DNA of 64,000 nucleotides from Patescibacteria group bacterium (GTDB taxonomy: Bacteria; Patescibacteriota; Patescibacteriia; UBA10025; JAHIVO01): NCBI GenBank assembly GCA_041660605.1, contig JBAZWB010000001.1, positions 686,503 through 750,502 of the forward strand, in the 5' to 3' direction. A program made the translations under genes and the position numbers. How positions within the stretch are numbered: position 1 is the first letter of the stretch; each line of letters begins with the position of its first letter. Shown piece after piece: positions 1 through 10,223 of the stretch. The notes under the pieces were generated by a model, which had not been told where the DNA came from, made no database searches, and was given only the letters and a program-made list of their open reading frames with translations.

Positions 1-352
1 ATTCTTTGGTCTCTTCGGGATCCAAAAATACAGAGTATGGATCCTGCAGACTGGCCACCATGCCTTTTAATGCTCCATAAAATAATATTTTGTCGTCAAC
101 CGGCTTATTAACGTATTTTTGCGATACAGTAGTCCAGACTTTCGAAAACAAGCTAGCGTCGGTATCAGTGCCTTTGAGAAACGTATTAGCCTGATTAAAG
201 AGATTGACAATAGATACATTATTTTGGTTGTTGACGCTTTGCCAAACGCCAAAATAAAATCCGGAAAAAAAGCAGATAATGATTATAAAAATCCCGATAC
301 TGAATATAGCTACTTTTGAGCCAATTTTCAAATTTGATTTCTTGATTTCCAT
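1..352 (-). CDS. S41 family C-terminal processing protease (CtpA/Prc-like), N-terminal part, truncated by the window edge
   Basis: Not in the ORF track. Manual translation from ATG at 352 gives MEIKKSNLKIG, a TM helix, then LFSKVWTTVSQKYVNKPVDDKILFYGALKGMVASLQDPYSVFLDPEE, typical of the CtpA N-terminal domain. Confidence 0.85.
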   Translation of the reverse strand, partial: MEIKKSNLKIGSKVAIFSIGIFIIIICFFSGFYFGVWQSVNNQNNVSIVNLFNQANTFLKGTDTDASLFSKVWTTVSQKYVNKPVDDKILFYGALKGMVASLQDPYSVFLDPEETKE

Positions 353-354
353 AA

Positions 355-1608
355 TTATATCCTTTTTATGTTTGCTCCTAAGGAAGATAATCTTTGTTCT
401 ATTTTTTCGTAACCACGGTCAATAAGCTCCACTTTATCAATTACGCTTTGACCCTGAGCTATAATCGCTGCGATCAGTAAAGTTGCACCGGCGCGTATAT
501 CGAAAGAAGTAATTTCTTTGCCATATAAAGGCGTTGGCCCTGATATTATGGCATTGTTGTTATCGATAATATCGATGTTCGCTCCCATTTTTTTCAATTC
601 ACGGCAATATCCCAGCCGTCCGTCATACATTGTTTCAAAAATTTTACTGGTGCCGTTTGCCTGCGTTAATAAAACTGAAAAAGGCGCCTGTAAATCCGTG
701 GGGAACCCCGGATGCGGCCGGGTATCAATCTGAATCGGGCTGAATATAGTAGTCGGTTTTATATGCAATACTGATTCGCCCTCTATTTCAAAATTGACAT
801 TCGCTTTGGTTAATTTCTGCAAGACAATATCCAGATGATCGGGAATAACATTTTTTATCCTGACGTCGCCGCGACTGACAGCCGCCGCCACAGCAAACGT
901 ACCTGCCTCAATTCTGTCCGGAATCACCGTATGTTTCGCTCCATTCAATTTGCTGACGCCTGTTACTTTTATGATTGAAGTGCCAGCTCCCACGATTTTC
1001 GCCCCCATCTCATTCAGCAAATCTGCTAAATCGACAATTTCCGGTTCAGAAGCAGCCAGATGGATTTCCGTTTTACCGCTAGCCAAAACTGAGGCCATTA
1101 AAACGTTTTCTGTGGCAGTAACGCTCATTTCATCCAAAATTACTTTACCGCCTGTAAGCTTTTTTGTTCTAAAATAATAATAATCCTTATCCTCGTTAAA
1201 TTCCACATTCAACTGCTTCAAAGCGTTGATATGCGTATTGATTGGCCTGGCACCGATCAAACATCCGCCTGGCTGAGGTATTTTCACTGCTCCGAAGCGT
1301 GCCAACAGAGGGCCGATAATCATTACCGAAGCGCGCATATGCTTGATCAATTGATAATCTGGATCGATATTTTTTACTGTCGCGCAATTTATGCAAAAAT
1401 TGTGGTTATGGAAATCAACTTCGGCGCCTAATTTTTCCAGAATGCTTATCATAGTGCGAACGTCATTAATATCAGGAACGTTAGCTAGGCATACTTCCTT
1501 ATCTGTCATTAAGGACGCGGCAATTAATTTTAAAGCTGAATTTTTAGCTCCGCTTACGGTAATCTCACCTTCTAATGACTTACCACCTTGTATGATAAAT
1601 TTGGACAT
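355..1608 (-). CDS. murA: UDP-N-acetylglucosamine 1-carboxyvinyltransferase
   Basis: SGAKNSAL, MRAS, PGGCLIGARP (catalytic Cys), PDRIEAGT, GFPTDLQ, DIRAGA and DRGYE motifs; 417 aa. Confidence 0.97.
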   Translation of the reverse strand: MSKFIIQGGKSLEGEITVSGAKNSALKLIAASLMTDKEVCLANVPDINDVRTMISILEKLGAEVDFHNHNFCINCATVKNIDPDYQLIKHMRASVMIIGPLLARFGAVKIPQPGGCLIGARPINTHINALKQLNVEFNEDKDYYYFRTKKLTGGKVILDEMSVTATENVLMASVLASGKTEIHLAASEPEIVDLADLLNEMGAKIVGAGTSIIKVTGVSKLNGAKHTVIPDRIEAGTFAVAAAVSRGDVRIKNVIPDHLDIVLQKLTKANVNFEIEGESVLHIKPTTIFSPIQIDTRPHPGFPTDLQAPFSVLLTQANGTSKIFETMYDGRLGYCRELKKMGANIDIIDNNNAIISGPTPLYGKEITSFDIRAGATLLIAAIIAQGQSVIDKVELIDRGYEKIEQRLSSLGANIKRI

Positions 1609-1659
1609 TTATTCGATAAATAGGGATTAAATTAAACGATTGAATATTTCAATGACTTA

Positions 1660-1717
1660 ATTATATCAGAACAAGGTCAGTTAGCAACCTTGAAAAAAAA
1701 TTCTTCTAATATATAAT
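1660..1717. promoter_or_regulatory. Divergent sigma70-type promoters for murA (-) and the PEGA gene (+)
   Basis: Minus: TTGCTA-16-TATAAT with extended TG (1687-1660). Plus: TTGAAA-16-TATAAT (1690-1717). Confidence 0.55.
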
Positions 1718-3013
1718 ATGCTTATTATGAATATTTGGCAAAGAAGACTTTTTTTTCTGGCAATTATAGCAATTTTTATGATTATTACGCCAATTTTAGC
1801 GTTCTATGTGGCAGGTTGGCGTATTAACCGGCAAGAAAAGAGCATTTACCGTGTCGGAACACTGGAAATAGTTACTAAGCCTGCCGCAGCGCAGATTTAT
1901 ATTGATGATAATCAATACAACAAAACATCACCAGTGGACATTATCAATCTCTCGCCGGGAGATTATACGGTAAAAATAACAAAAGACGGTTACTTTGATT
2001 GGATACGTAAAATAACAATAAGCTCAGCACAGGTGACCGACTTGTCTGATATTTTTTTGGTAAAAAAAATTATTGACCCAAAACCATTGCTTGGTAATTC
2101 ATTTTCGATCATCCAGTACAACTCGGATTATTCTCAAGCCTTGGGTTATGCCGACAAAATATTAAATTTAGTTAACTTTAAAAAAGGAAATGTAGAAAAA
2201 AAGGTCAACTTTGATCATGATCTTAAAAAAATCGTTTGGTCGCCAAATTCTGATCAGGCCATCCTGCAAACTACTGATAACAGTTTTTTTATTTTAAATA
2301 TTTCCGATTTCAAAATTCGAGATTTGTCAGAATTTTTAAATGAGAAAATACTAGAATTATTCTGGAGTAATCCGGAACACGACATCGTATATGCCATTTC
2401 AGATACGGGAAATTATAGGATTAATCTTTTTCAAAATACGAAAAATTTGGAAAATAATCTGGACAATGTAATTTTCTTTAATTCACAGTTTACGATTCAA
2501 AAAAAATACGACAGCCTAATTTTTTCCAAGGCAAATACCGGTGAACAAAATGCCTTTAAAATCCAGGCAGACAGTAAATTTACAATTTTTGAACAGCGTG
2601 ATAATACTTTACCTCTACTGGATACTGCAAATCAAAAGCTTTTTTTCTATGATTTCGCCAAAAACAACTTCAGTGAATTCAGTATTAAAGTAGCTGGCTT
2701 GCAATGGCCTGCAAACAATGATGAGATATTGTTCTACAATAATAACGAAATATGGCAATGGAATCTGAAAACCGATGAACGATCCCTGCTGACTCGTACT
2801 TCTGATCTCATAACTTATGCAACTTTTATTTTGAATACAAAATACGTGCTATATTTCGTTTCGCCCGATAAAATGTACATAACGGAGATTTCCGGTCCTC
2901 AAAAAAATTCCTACGAACTTAATTTATTGGATATCAATCAAATAAATTATTTTGATAATAACAGCCTTCTGTTTATTTTAGCGAATAGTTTACTGTATAA
3001 AATTCAGCTTTAA
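1718..3013 (+). CDS. Membrane-anchored PEGA domain protein with a probable beta-propeller C-terminus (start may be ATG 1727)
   Basis: N-terminal TM, then GTLEIVTKPAAAQIYID...LSPGDYTVKITKDGY (PEGA); WSPNS-type propeller repeats. Confidence 0.8.
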   Translation: MLIMNIWQRRLFFLAIIAIFMIITPILAFYVAGWRINRQEKSIYRVGTLEIVTKPAAAQIYIDDNQYNKTSPVDIINLSPGDYTVKITKDGYFDWIRKITISSAQVTDLSDIFLVKKIIDPKPLLGNSFSIIQYNSDYSQALGYADKILNLVNFKKGNVEKKVNFDHDLKKIVWSPNSDQAILQTTDNSFFILNISDFKIRDLSEFLNEKILELFWSNPEHDIVYAISDTGNYRINLFQNTKNLENNLDNVIFFNSQFTIQKKYDSLIFSKANTGEQNAFKIQADSKFTIFEQRDNTLPLLDTANQKLFFYDFAKNNFSEFSIKVAGLQWPANNDEILFYNNNEIWQWNLKTDERSLLTRTSDLITYATFILNTKYVLYFVSPDKMYITEISGPQKNSYELNLLDINQINYFDNNSLLFILANSLLYKIQL

Positions 3014-3134
3014 TAAAACAAACTTGATTCGGCTATAAACCGTATTTTGATAATTTTTTGTATTTTAAAAATAATCAACCCACGCTTTGGCACAGTCTGA
3101 TAATAATTATCCGGCGTTCTCCCTTTTTCAGTAA

Positions 3135-3866
3135 TTATTCTTCCAATGGCTTGCTTAATCTGTCGTGCTTGGATATAAACAGATTTGCTTCCAGTAACGA
3201 ATTAAATGTACCGGCATCAAACCAGGCGCCCTTGATCTGCCTGACGTCCAATTCGCCAATTTCCAGATATCGATTATGCAAATCAGTAATTTCAATCTCA
3301 CCACGCCCGGAAGGTTTGACTTCCTTAGCAAACTGACACACGCGATTATCATACACATACAATCCTGGTATGGCAAAATCGCTAATCCATTCTTTTGGCT
3401 TTTCTACTATTTTAATAGCTTTGTTGTTTTCATCAAATTGCACTACGCCTGACCTTTCGGGATCAGAAACTTTTTTGGCAAAAATTCTCCCGCCTTTTTT
3501 AAAAGTACTTATTTCTTTGGATAAATCATCTTCAAATATATTATCGCCAAGAATCATGGTTACATTATCCTCATCCATGAAATCCTCCCCGATTATAAAC
3601 GCGTCTGCCAGTCCGCGCGGCTCTTCTTGAATTTCGTATGTAAACTTTACCCCCAGCTGCCTGCCAGAGCCGAGTAAATGCAAAAAATGACCAGCATAAT
3701 CCGGCGCTACAATAATTAAAATTTCCTTAATGCCCGCCGTCAGCAAAGTATTCAGAGGATAAAAAATCATCGGCTTATTGTAAATCGGCAGCAGCTGTTT
3801 GCTAGTTATTTTCGTCAAAGGCCTTAATCTGGTTGCCTTTCCCCCGGCTAAAATAATGCCTTTCAT
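3135..3866 (-). CDS. rmlA: Glucose-1-phosphate thymidylyltransferase (short form)
   Basis: MKGIILAGGKATRLRPLT, SKQLLPIYNKPMI, GLADAF, RGEIEITD, WFDAGT. Confidence 0.93.
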   Translation of the reverse strand: MKGIILAGGKATRLRPLTKITSKQLLPIYNKPMIFYPLNTLLTAGIKEILIIVAPDYAGHFLHLLGSGRQLGVKFTYEIQEEPRGLADAFIIGEDFMDEDNVTMILGDNIFEDDLSKEISTFKKGGRIFAKKVSDPERSGVVQFDENNKAIKIVEKPKEWISDFAIPGLYVYDNRVCQFAKEVKPSGRGEIEITDLHNRYLEIGELDVRQIKGAWFDAGTFNSLLEANLFISKHDRLSKPLEE

Positions 3867-3915
3867 AGTAAAATTTTAATTGTAAATATATATAATATTT
3901 ATAAACTTAATTAAG

Positions 3916-3946
3916 AAAAAGAGGATCTACGAATTCATCCTCTTTT
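3916..3946 (-). terminator. Intrinsic terminator downstream of the zinc-finger cassette
   Basis: AAAAGAGGAT-N10-ATCCTCTTTT inverted repeat with a T-tract on the minus strand. Confidence 0.7.
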
Positions 3947-4008
3947 CAGCAAAAGTAACATTTTTGATGCCAATGTTCGATTTTGCTAGAAATAATCATT
4001 CTTCCCAT
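3946..4008 (-). CDS. Possible 20-aa peptide MGRMIISSKIEHWHQKCYFC
   Basis: AGGAG lies 10 nt upstream of the ATG and the stop abuts the terminator; very short. Confidence 0.3.
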   Translation of the reverse strand: MGRMIISSKIEHWHQKCYFC

Positions 4009-4034
4009 TTCACGAAATCTCCTACATTATTCGG

Positions 4035-4247
4035 TTAATGACCGTGATTACAGCAATCAGGACACGCTAAATTTGCCTTGAAAGCAATGCCTTTTGGCCA
4101 GCAATCTGTGCATAAATCTCTGCCACATTCTGGACAGTGCCTTTTCGTAAAACGTGGATACGGCCACCCGCATTTGCCGCAATCAAACGTTTCGCTGTGC
4201 GTAGACGAAGATTTGTCTTCCGCAGTAACCACTTTCTGGCTTCTCAT
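4035..4247 (-). CDS. Small Cys-rich zinc-finger-like protein
   Basis: Four CxxC pairs (CGKC, CPEC, CTDC, CPDC); AGGAG SD; own promoter. Confidence 0.75.
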   Translation of the reverse strand: MRSQKVVTAEDKSSSTHSETFDCGKCGWPYPRFTKRHCPECGRDLCTDCWPKGIAFKANLACPDCCNHGH

Positions 4248-4292
4248 ATTGGCTCCTATTTTGTTGCGATGAAATGATCTATATCCATCACA

Positions 4293-4321
4293 ATTTTATG
4301 CATAAAAAAAGGCTCTGTCAA
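4293..4321 (-). promoter_or_regulatory. sigma70-type promoter for the zinc-finger ORF
   Basis: TTGACA-17-TAAAAT. Confidence 0.75.
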
Positions 4322-4369
4322 GAGCATTTATGCCCAGCCTGAATAAATGGCTGCGCTTAAATATTTTGT

Positions 4370-4921
4370 TTAAAAAGGCGACTTCAGATCATTAAAAAAA
4401 CCTAATTTCAAATCTTTTTGCGATAAGACAGGTTCTTGTATTGGCCAGGTTATTTTCAAAGTCGGGTCATTCCAGATAATTCCAGAATCATGCTTAGGTG
4501 AATAATAGCTGTCTACTTTATATAGAAATTCCGTACCCGCCTGAAGCGTGCAAAATGCATGAGCGAAGCCTTTTGGGATATAAAGCATTTTAAAATTTTT
4601 ATCAGTTAATTCGAAACTTTGCCAGACTCCGTACGTTTTTGATTTCTTTCTCAGATCTACGATCACGTCATAAACCGCACCGCTGGTTACTCTTACGAGT
4701 TTTGCCTGGGCAAAAGGCGGTTTCTGATAATGCAAACCCCGCAGCACTCCGGCAGATACGGATTTTGAATGATTATCCTGAACGAATTTTGCCTTTATAT
4801 TTTTTTCTTTGAACCATTTATCAATATATGATTCCAGAAAAAATCCACGCTTATCCTGATAAACGTCTGGTTCAATAATCCAGGCACCTTCAAATTTAGT
4901 TTTATTGAATTTCATTTGCAT
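4370..4921 (-). CDS. rmlC: dTDP-4-dehydrorhamnose 3,5-epimerase
   Basis: DKRGFFLES, FVQDNHSKS, GVLRGLHYQ, QAKLVRV, GFAHAF, WNDP. Confidence 0.95.
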   Translation of the reverse strand: MQMKFNKTKFEGAWIIEPDVYQDKRGFFLESYIDKWFKEKNIKAKFVQDNHSKSVSAGVLRGLHYQKPPFAQAKLVRVTSGAVYDVIVDLRKKSKTYGVWQSFELTDKNFKMLYIPKGFAHAFCTLQAGTEFLYKVDSYYSPKHDSGIIWNDPTLKITWPIQEPVLSQKDLKLGFFNDLKSPF

Positions 4922-5753
4922 TCTTTAAATAATCTGCGAGCGCTTCTTGCCAGCTTCTTAAAGCTGGTAATTTATTATTTAATAAAATGGAGTATTTCGG
5001 CCGTTTTACCGGTCTTGGATAAAAATCAGCAGTAACTGGATTAATTTTAGCGGAAATACTTTTTTGTGCAAATATCTCCCTGGCAAAATCAAACCAGGTG
5101 CAGGCACTGGCGTTGGTTACATGGTAAATACCAAAAGGCTTTTTGCTGTCAAATATAAATTTTGTCTGCGCAGCCAAATCAGGCGCGTAAGTTGGACGGG
5201 ACAATTCCTCGTTAACAACATTAATTTCTTTATTAGCTTTTGCCAGGTCAAGCATCAGCTGAACAAAACTTTTTTTTCCAGTCTGACTACCGGCTGGCTG
5301 GCCGAATAACCGCGATAACCGTATTAAATAAAAATTATGGCAATTATTCTGCAGTTCAATTTCACCCAGAAATTTAGAGCTAGCATAGACTGATTGCGGG
5401 TTTGGCTTGTCTTCTTCGTTGTACCCGTTTTTAACATCGCCTTTGAAGACATAATCAGTGCTGTAATGCACGAGGATGCCCTGTACGGCGGTTATTGCCC
5501 TGGCTAAGTAACCAATGGCGTACCCATTGATATCATTGGCAATTTGACGATTTTTTTCCGCTCCGTCAACGTCATTAAAAGCAGCGGCGTTAATTACTAA
5601 GTCTGGCCTAGTTTCTCCGATCATTTTCTGAACATTTTTTTCATTGGCAATATCAACATTTTCCCTGTCCCACAGGATAGGATTACTGCCAGCGAACGTT
5701 TTTGCTAATTCCTGGCCGAGCATGCCTTTTGCGCCGATAATGACTATTTTCAT
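4902..5753 (-). CDS. rmlD: dTDP-4-dehydrorhamnose reductase
   Basis: GAKGMLG, INAAAFNDVDGAE, HYSTDYVF, YASSK, PTYAPDLA. Confidence 0.95.
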   Translation of the reverse strand: MKIVIIGAKGMLGQELAKTFAGSNPILWDRENVDIANEKNVQKMIGETRPDLVINAAAFNDVDGAEKNRQIANDINGYAIGYLARAITAVQGILVHYSTDYVFKGDVKNGYNEEDKPNPQSVYASSKFLGEIELQNNCHNFYLIRLSRLFGQPAGSQTGKKSFVQLMLDLAKANKEINVVNEELSRPTYAPDLAAQTKFIFDSKKPFGIYHVTNASACTWFDFAREIFAQKSISAKINPVTADFYPRPVKRPKYSILLNNKLPALRSWQEALADYLKNANEIQ

Positions 5754-6343
5754 GATATTTTATTTGCCGTTATTTTTTTGATAAAATTGTGGATATTATT
5801 CATGCGCTCATCCGCTCCCGAATAAATGCTAAATCGCTTATATGCTTTGCTAAATGGCCCGATCACCGGGCCAACCCCCTTTTTAAAATCCGTCCGGCAG
5901 TCGCTGTAAGCGATTATTTTTTCTTCAATCGTCAGTGGAAAAAAATCTTTGGCGATAAACTTATATTTTTTGTTAGTTTCTTTATCCAGTCCCGAACCGC
6001 CGGCATGGCAAATGCAGATCCTCGCCAGTTCCGGATATCTCCTTTTTTTCATTTCATGATAACCTTCATACAAATGAAAAATTGGATGCTTTAACTCTTT
6101 TGAAGCTTTGCTGCCGGTTTTCATTCTCCCAATATCGTGAACATAACAGCCAGTTTTAAGTAATTCTAAATCAACCGTATAGCCGTTTGCTTTTGCATAC
6201 TTAGCAATTTGATAGGCAAAATCCCATACTATTTTTGAATGCCTCCAAGTATCTTCGACCTGATTGGAAATTTTATTGGCAGCAGCAATTTCAAACATCC
6301 ATTTTTTTATTTTTTTCAGTGGCGGCAGACTATCTTTTTTCAT
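5750..6343 (-). CDS. HD-domain (HDIG) phosphohydrolase
   Basis: RHS...VHDIGR...CICH...PLTIEEKIIAYSD. Confidence 0.85.
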   Translation of the reverse strand: MKKDSLPPLKKIKKWMFEIAAANKISNQVEDTWRHSKIVWDFAYQIAKYAKANGYTVDLELLKTGCYVHDIGRMKTGSKASKELKHPIFHLYEGYHEMKKRRYPELARICICHAGGSGLDKETNKKYKFIAKDFFPLTIEEKIIAYSDCRTDFKKGVGPVIGPFSKAYKRFSIYSGADERMNNIHNFIKKITANKIS

Positions 6344-6351
6344 AATAAAAT

Positions 6352-7464
6352 TTATCTAATTTCATATTGCCGGCGGTAGTATTCCTTGAATTCTCCAGAT
6401 TTTATAGGCTTCCACCACCACTCGTTCGCTATAAACCAATCAATCGTCTTTTTCAGATATTCATCTAGTTCAAATAAAGGTTCATACCCAAGTTCGCGTT
6501 TCGCCTTTGACCAATCTATTGCATAGCGCCGATCATGGCCTGGCCGATCTTTTACGTATTCGAGCGAATCCTCTCCTTTGTCCATAATTTTTAGAACCCG
6601 CCTGATTAGTTCCAAATTATTAACGTCTTCATGCATAGCGCCAATGCAATACGTCTCTCCGATCTTGCCTTTTTTTAAGATCAGATCAATTGCCCGACAA
6701 TGGTCATCCACATACAGCCAATCACGCACGTATTTTCCATCGCCGTAAATTGGTACTTTTTTACCTTCAATCAGATTGGTGATGGCCAGCGGTAGCAGTT
6801 TTTCTGGATAGATATAAGGACCAAAATTATTAGAGGTATTTGAAATTGTAACTGGCAGGCCGTAACTAATGTAATATGCATTAACAAGGTGGTCAGCTGC
6901 TGCTTTAGAGGCGGAATATGGGCTGCGCGGGTTATATTTCGTGTTTTCATTAAATTTATTCGGGTCATCAAGCGCCAGTGCACCAAATACCTCATCCGTT
7001 GAAATTAAATGAAATCTTTTATTTTTATAATTGATCGGCTTCCAGGCTTTTACTGCTGCTTCCAGCATGATATGGGTGCCCCAGGTATTTGTTAATATGA
7101 AATCATAGGCATCTGGCCTGTCTGGTCCGGCAAAAAGCACTGAGCGATCAACGTGCGATTCTGCAGCGAAATGCACGACAATATCCGATTCGCGCATCCA
7201 TTCTTTTAGCTGAATAAATTTTTTACGATCAAAGCGACCGTACTCTTCTTCATGCTTTGCCGATTTATATTCAATCGGGCAGGTGATATCAAATTTTTCA
7301 AAATGATAATTGGGTTTTTTTACTATATCCTTCAAATTCTCAAGGTTTCCGCAATAAGTTAATTTGTCCAAATTTAAAATTTCATCTTGCGGATATTTCT
7401 TCATCCAGTAATGAATGAAATTCGAGCCGATGAAGCCGGCACCGCCAGTGACTAATAGTTTCAT
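6352..7464 (-). CDS. rmlB: dTDP-glucose 4,6-dehydratase
   Basis: GGAGFIGSNF, HFAAESHVDRS, STDEVFG, PYSASKA, RDWLYVDDH, DRPGHDRRYA. Confidence 0.97.
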   Translation of the reverse strand: MKLLVTGGAGFIGSNFIHYWMKKYPQDEILNLDKLTYCGNLENLKDIVKKPNYHFEKFDITCPIEYKSAKHEEEYGRFDRKKFIQLKEWMRESDIVVHFAAESHVDRSVLFAGPDRPDAYDFILTNTWGTHIMLEAAVKAWKPINYKNKRFHLISTDEVFGALALDDPNKFNENTKYNPRSPYSASKAAADHLVNAYYISYGLPVTISNTSNNFGPYIYPEKLLPLAITNLIEGKKVPIYGDGKYVRDWLYVDDHCRAIDLILKKGKIGETYCIGAMHEDVNNLELIRRVLKIMDKGEDSLEYVKDRPGHDRRYAIDWSKAKRELGYEPLFELDEYLKKTIDWFIANEWWWKPIKSGEFKEYYRRQYEIR

Positions 7465-8012
7465 AATTGTTTTTTTAAATAATCTTTAGCCCTTAAAATT
7501 GCAGCAATAGATATGGCATCATTGATCCTGCCATCTATGCACCACCTATATGCCTTAATTAAAGGCAATTTCAGCACTTCCTGCAACTCCACTCCTTCCG
7601 GTTGCGGTTTGCCGATTTTTATATCCGTAGCCAGGAAAAGATGAGCGAATTCATTTATGATCCCAGGCGAGGTATTGACGTATCCTAATAATTTCCATTT
7701 TTTTGCAGTTACGCCCGCTTCTTCGCGTAATTCCTTTTTCGCCGTAAAAAGCGGCGTCTCCCCTTTTTCACAGGCACCGCGCGGTATCTCCGTAGTGACC
7801 ATTTCCAGGGGATAACGATATTCTCTGATCAAAAATATTTCCCCTTTCTTTGATAACGCCACCACTCCCACAGAATTTCCTTTTGGCCCCAAACCCACCA
7901 GGCCATAAATTCCTCTCTTTTTATCCGGTGTAATCACTTGATCCTCAACTACGCTAATCCAGGAATTCTTGTATATTCGCTTTGAGGAAATTTTTTTCCA
8001 GGGGTTTTTCAT
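7461..8012 (-). CDS. NUDIX hydrolase (ADP-ribose/NDP-sugar pyrophosphatase-like)
   Basis: Nudix box GACEKGETPLFTAKKELREEAG. Confidence 0.88.
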   Translation of the reverse strand: MKNPWKKISSKRIYKNSWISVVEDQVITPDKKRGIYGLVGLGPKGNSVGVVALSKKGEIFLIREYRYPLEMVTTEIPRGACEKGETPLFTAKKELREEAGVTAKKWKLLGYVNTSPGIINEFAHLFLATDIKIGKPQPEGVELQEVLKLPLIKAYRWCIDGRINDAISIAAILRAKDYLKKQL

Positions 8013-8016
8013 TATC

Positions 8017-8454
8017 CTAAATGATAAATTCGTATGTTTTCCCGTAGATATCCTGTTTGTTTGTCAAAACCAGCAATGGCTGAAATTTCTTCGTATTATT
8101 TTTTATGGCATGCGGTACCAATGGAGGAATATAATAGATTTTGTAAAAATCTTTAGGGCCCAGCGACATTTTTACTTTAACTGTTTTTTTACCTTTGACA
8201 TCGCGTAATAAAAGCAATAACTCGCCCATGGGACAAAAAAATTCCTTTTTATCGCGATGATAATGATTCCCGGCCGTATCTCCCGGGCCAATGTGGTTGA
8301 GATAAGCAAAATTCGGTCTAAAGGCTTTTTTGCTTTCAGAAATATTCGGCCAGCAGTGCGACAGCCAGCGGTTGCCTTTGGAAGTCCGCCGTCCCTTGAT
8401 AATTTCCCAGTACAGTTTGTGTTTTATTACCCTAGAATAATTTTCATCAACCAT
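8017..8454 (-). CDS. Cupin protein (WxcM/FdtA-like sugar isomerase family)
   Basis: GNHYH..KKEFF and IPPLVPHAIKN cupin motifs. Confidence 0.75.
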   Translation of the reverse strand: MVDENYSRVIKHKLYWEIIKGRRTSKGNRWLSHCWPNISESKKAFRPNFAYLNHIGPGDTAGNHYHRDKKEFFCPMGELLLLLRDVKGKKTVKVKMSLGPKDFYKIYYIPPLVPHAIKNNTKKFQPLLVLTNKQDIYGKTYEFII

Positions 8455-8510
8455 GAAAATTTATAATAAATTTAAGAATTATAAATTAAGCATTATACAT
8501 TTTACATTAA

Positions 8511-9788
<1,278 letters not shown>

Positions 9789-10223
9789 TTAATTGTTGTT
9801 TAAATTATTATTTTCGTCGCTTAAATCATTTTTCGACAAAACGATTATTATCAAATAAGTGAATAGACCAGAGGCTATGGAGACGATATAAGACATTTTG
9901 CCAATGTCTTTTGTCAGCCAATACACAATAAGACCGGAGACAATCGCGGGCAGTAAAAAAATTGCATAATTAATTTTTTTGAAACCACTGGTACTTTCAA
10001 GATGATTTTCTTTTTCGAAGAATAGTGTTACAGCTCCGGAAATGAGAGAAATATATATGAAAATATTTATATTTATAAAATTTGAAACGAAACCAGGGGC
10101 CATCAGGTCCATGGCATAAAATATCAAAAAACCTAGGAAGGAAACTTTGAATATTTCTTTGATGCTCCCAGTTATTAAATTTAAAATGTCTTTTCTGTCG
10201 CTTTGTGCCATTATTTTATCCAT
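9789..10223 (-). CDS. Hypothetical 4-TM membrane protein
   Basis: Four hydrophobic segments; in operon context. Confidence 0.75.
   Translation of the reverse strand: MDKIMAQSDRKDILNLITGSIKEIFKVSFLGFLIFYAMDLMAPGFVSNFININIFIYISLISGAVTLFFEKENHLESTSGFKKINYAIFLLPAIVSGLIVYWLTKDIGKMSYIVSIASGLFTYLIIIVLSKNDLSDENNNLNNN

Noticed and set aside
67-319. ORF-track entries 67-252 (-) and 119-319 (+)
   Set aside because: Shadows of the truncated S41 protease reading frame (1-352, minus strand).
3117-3131. TTCTCCCTTTTTCAG resembling the island module start
   Set aside because: No complementary GAAAAG arm or second hairpin follows; likely chance.
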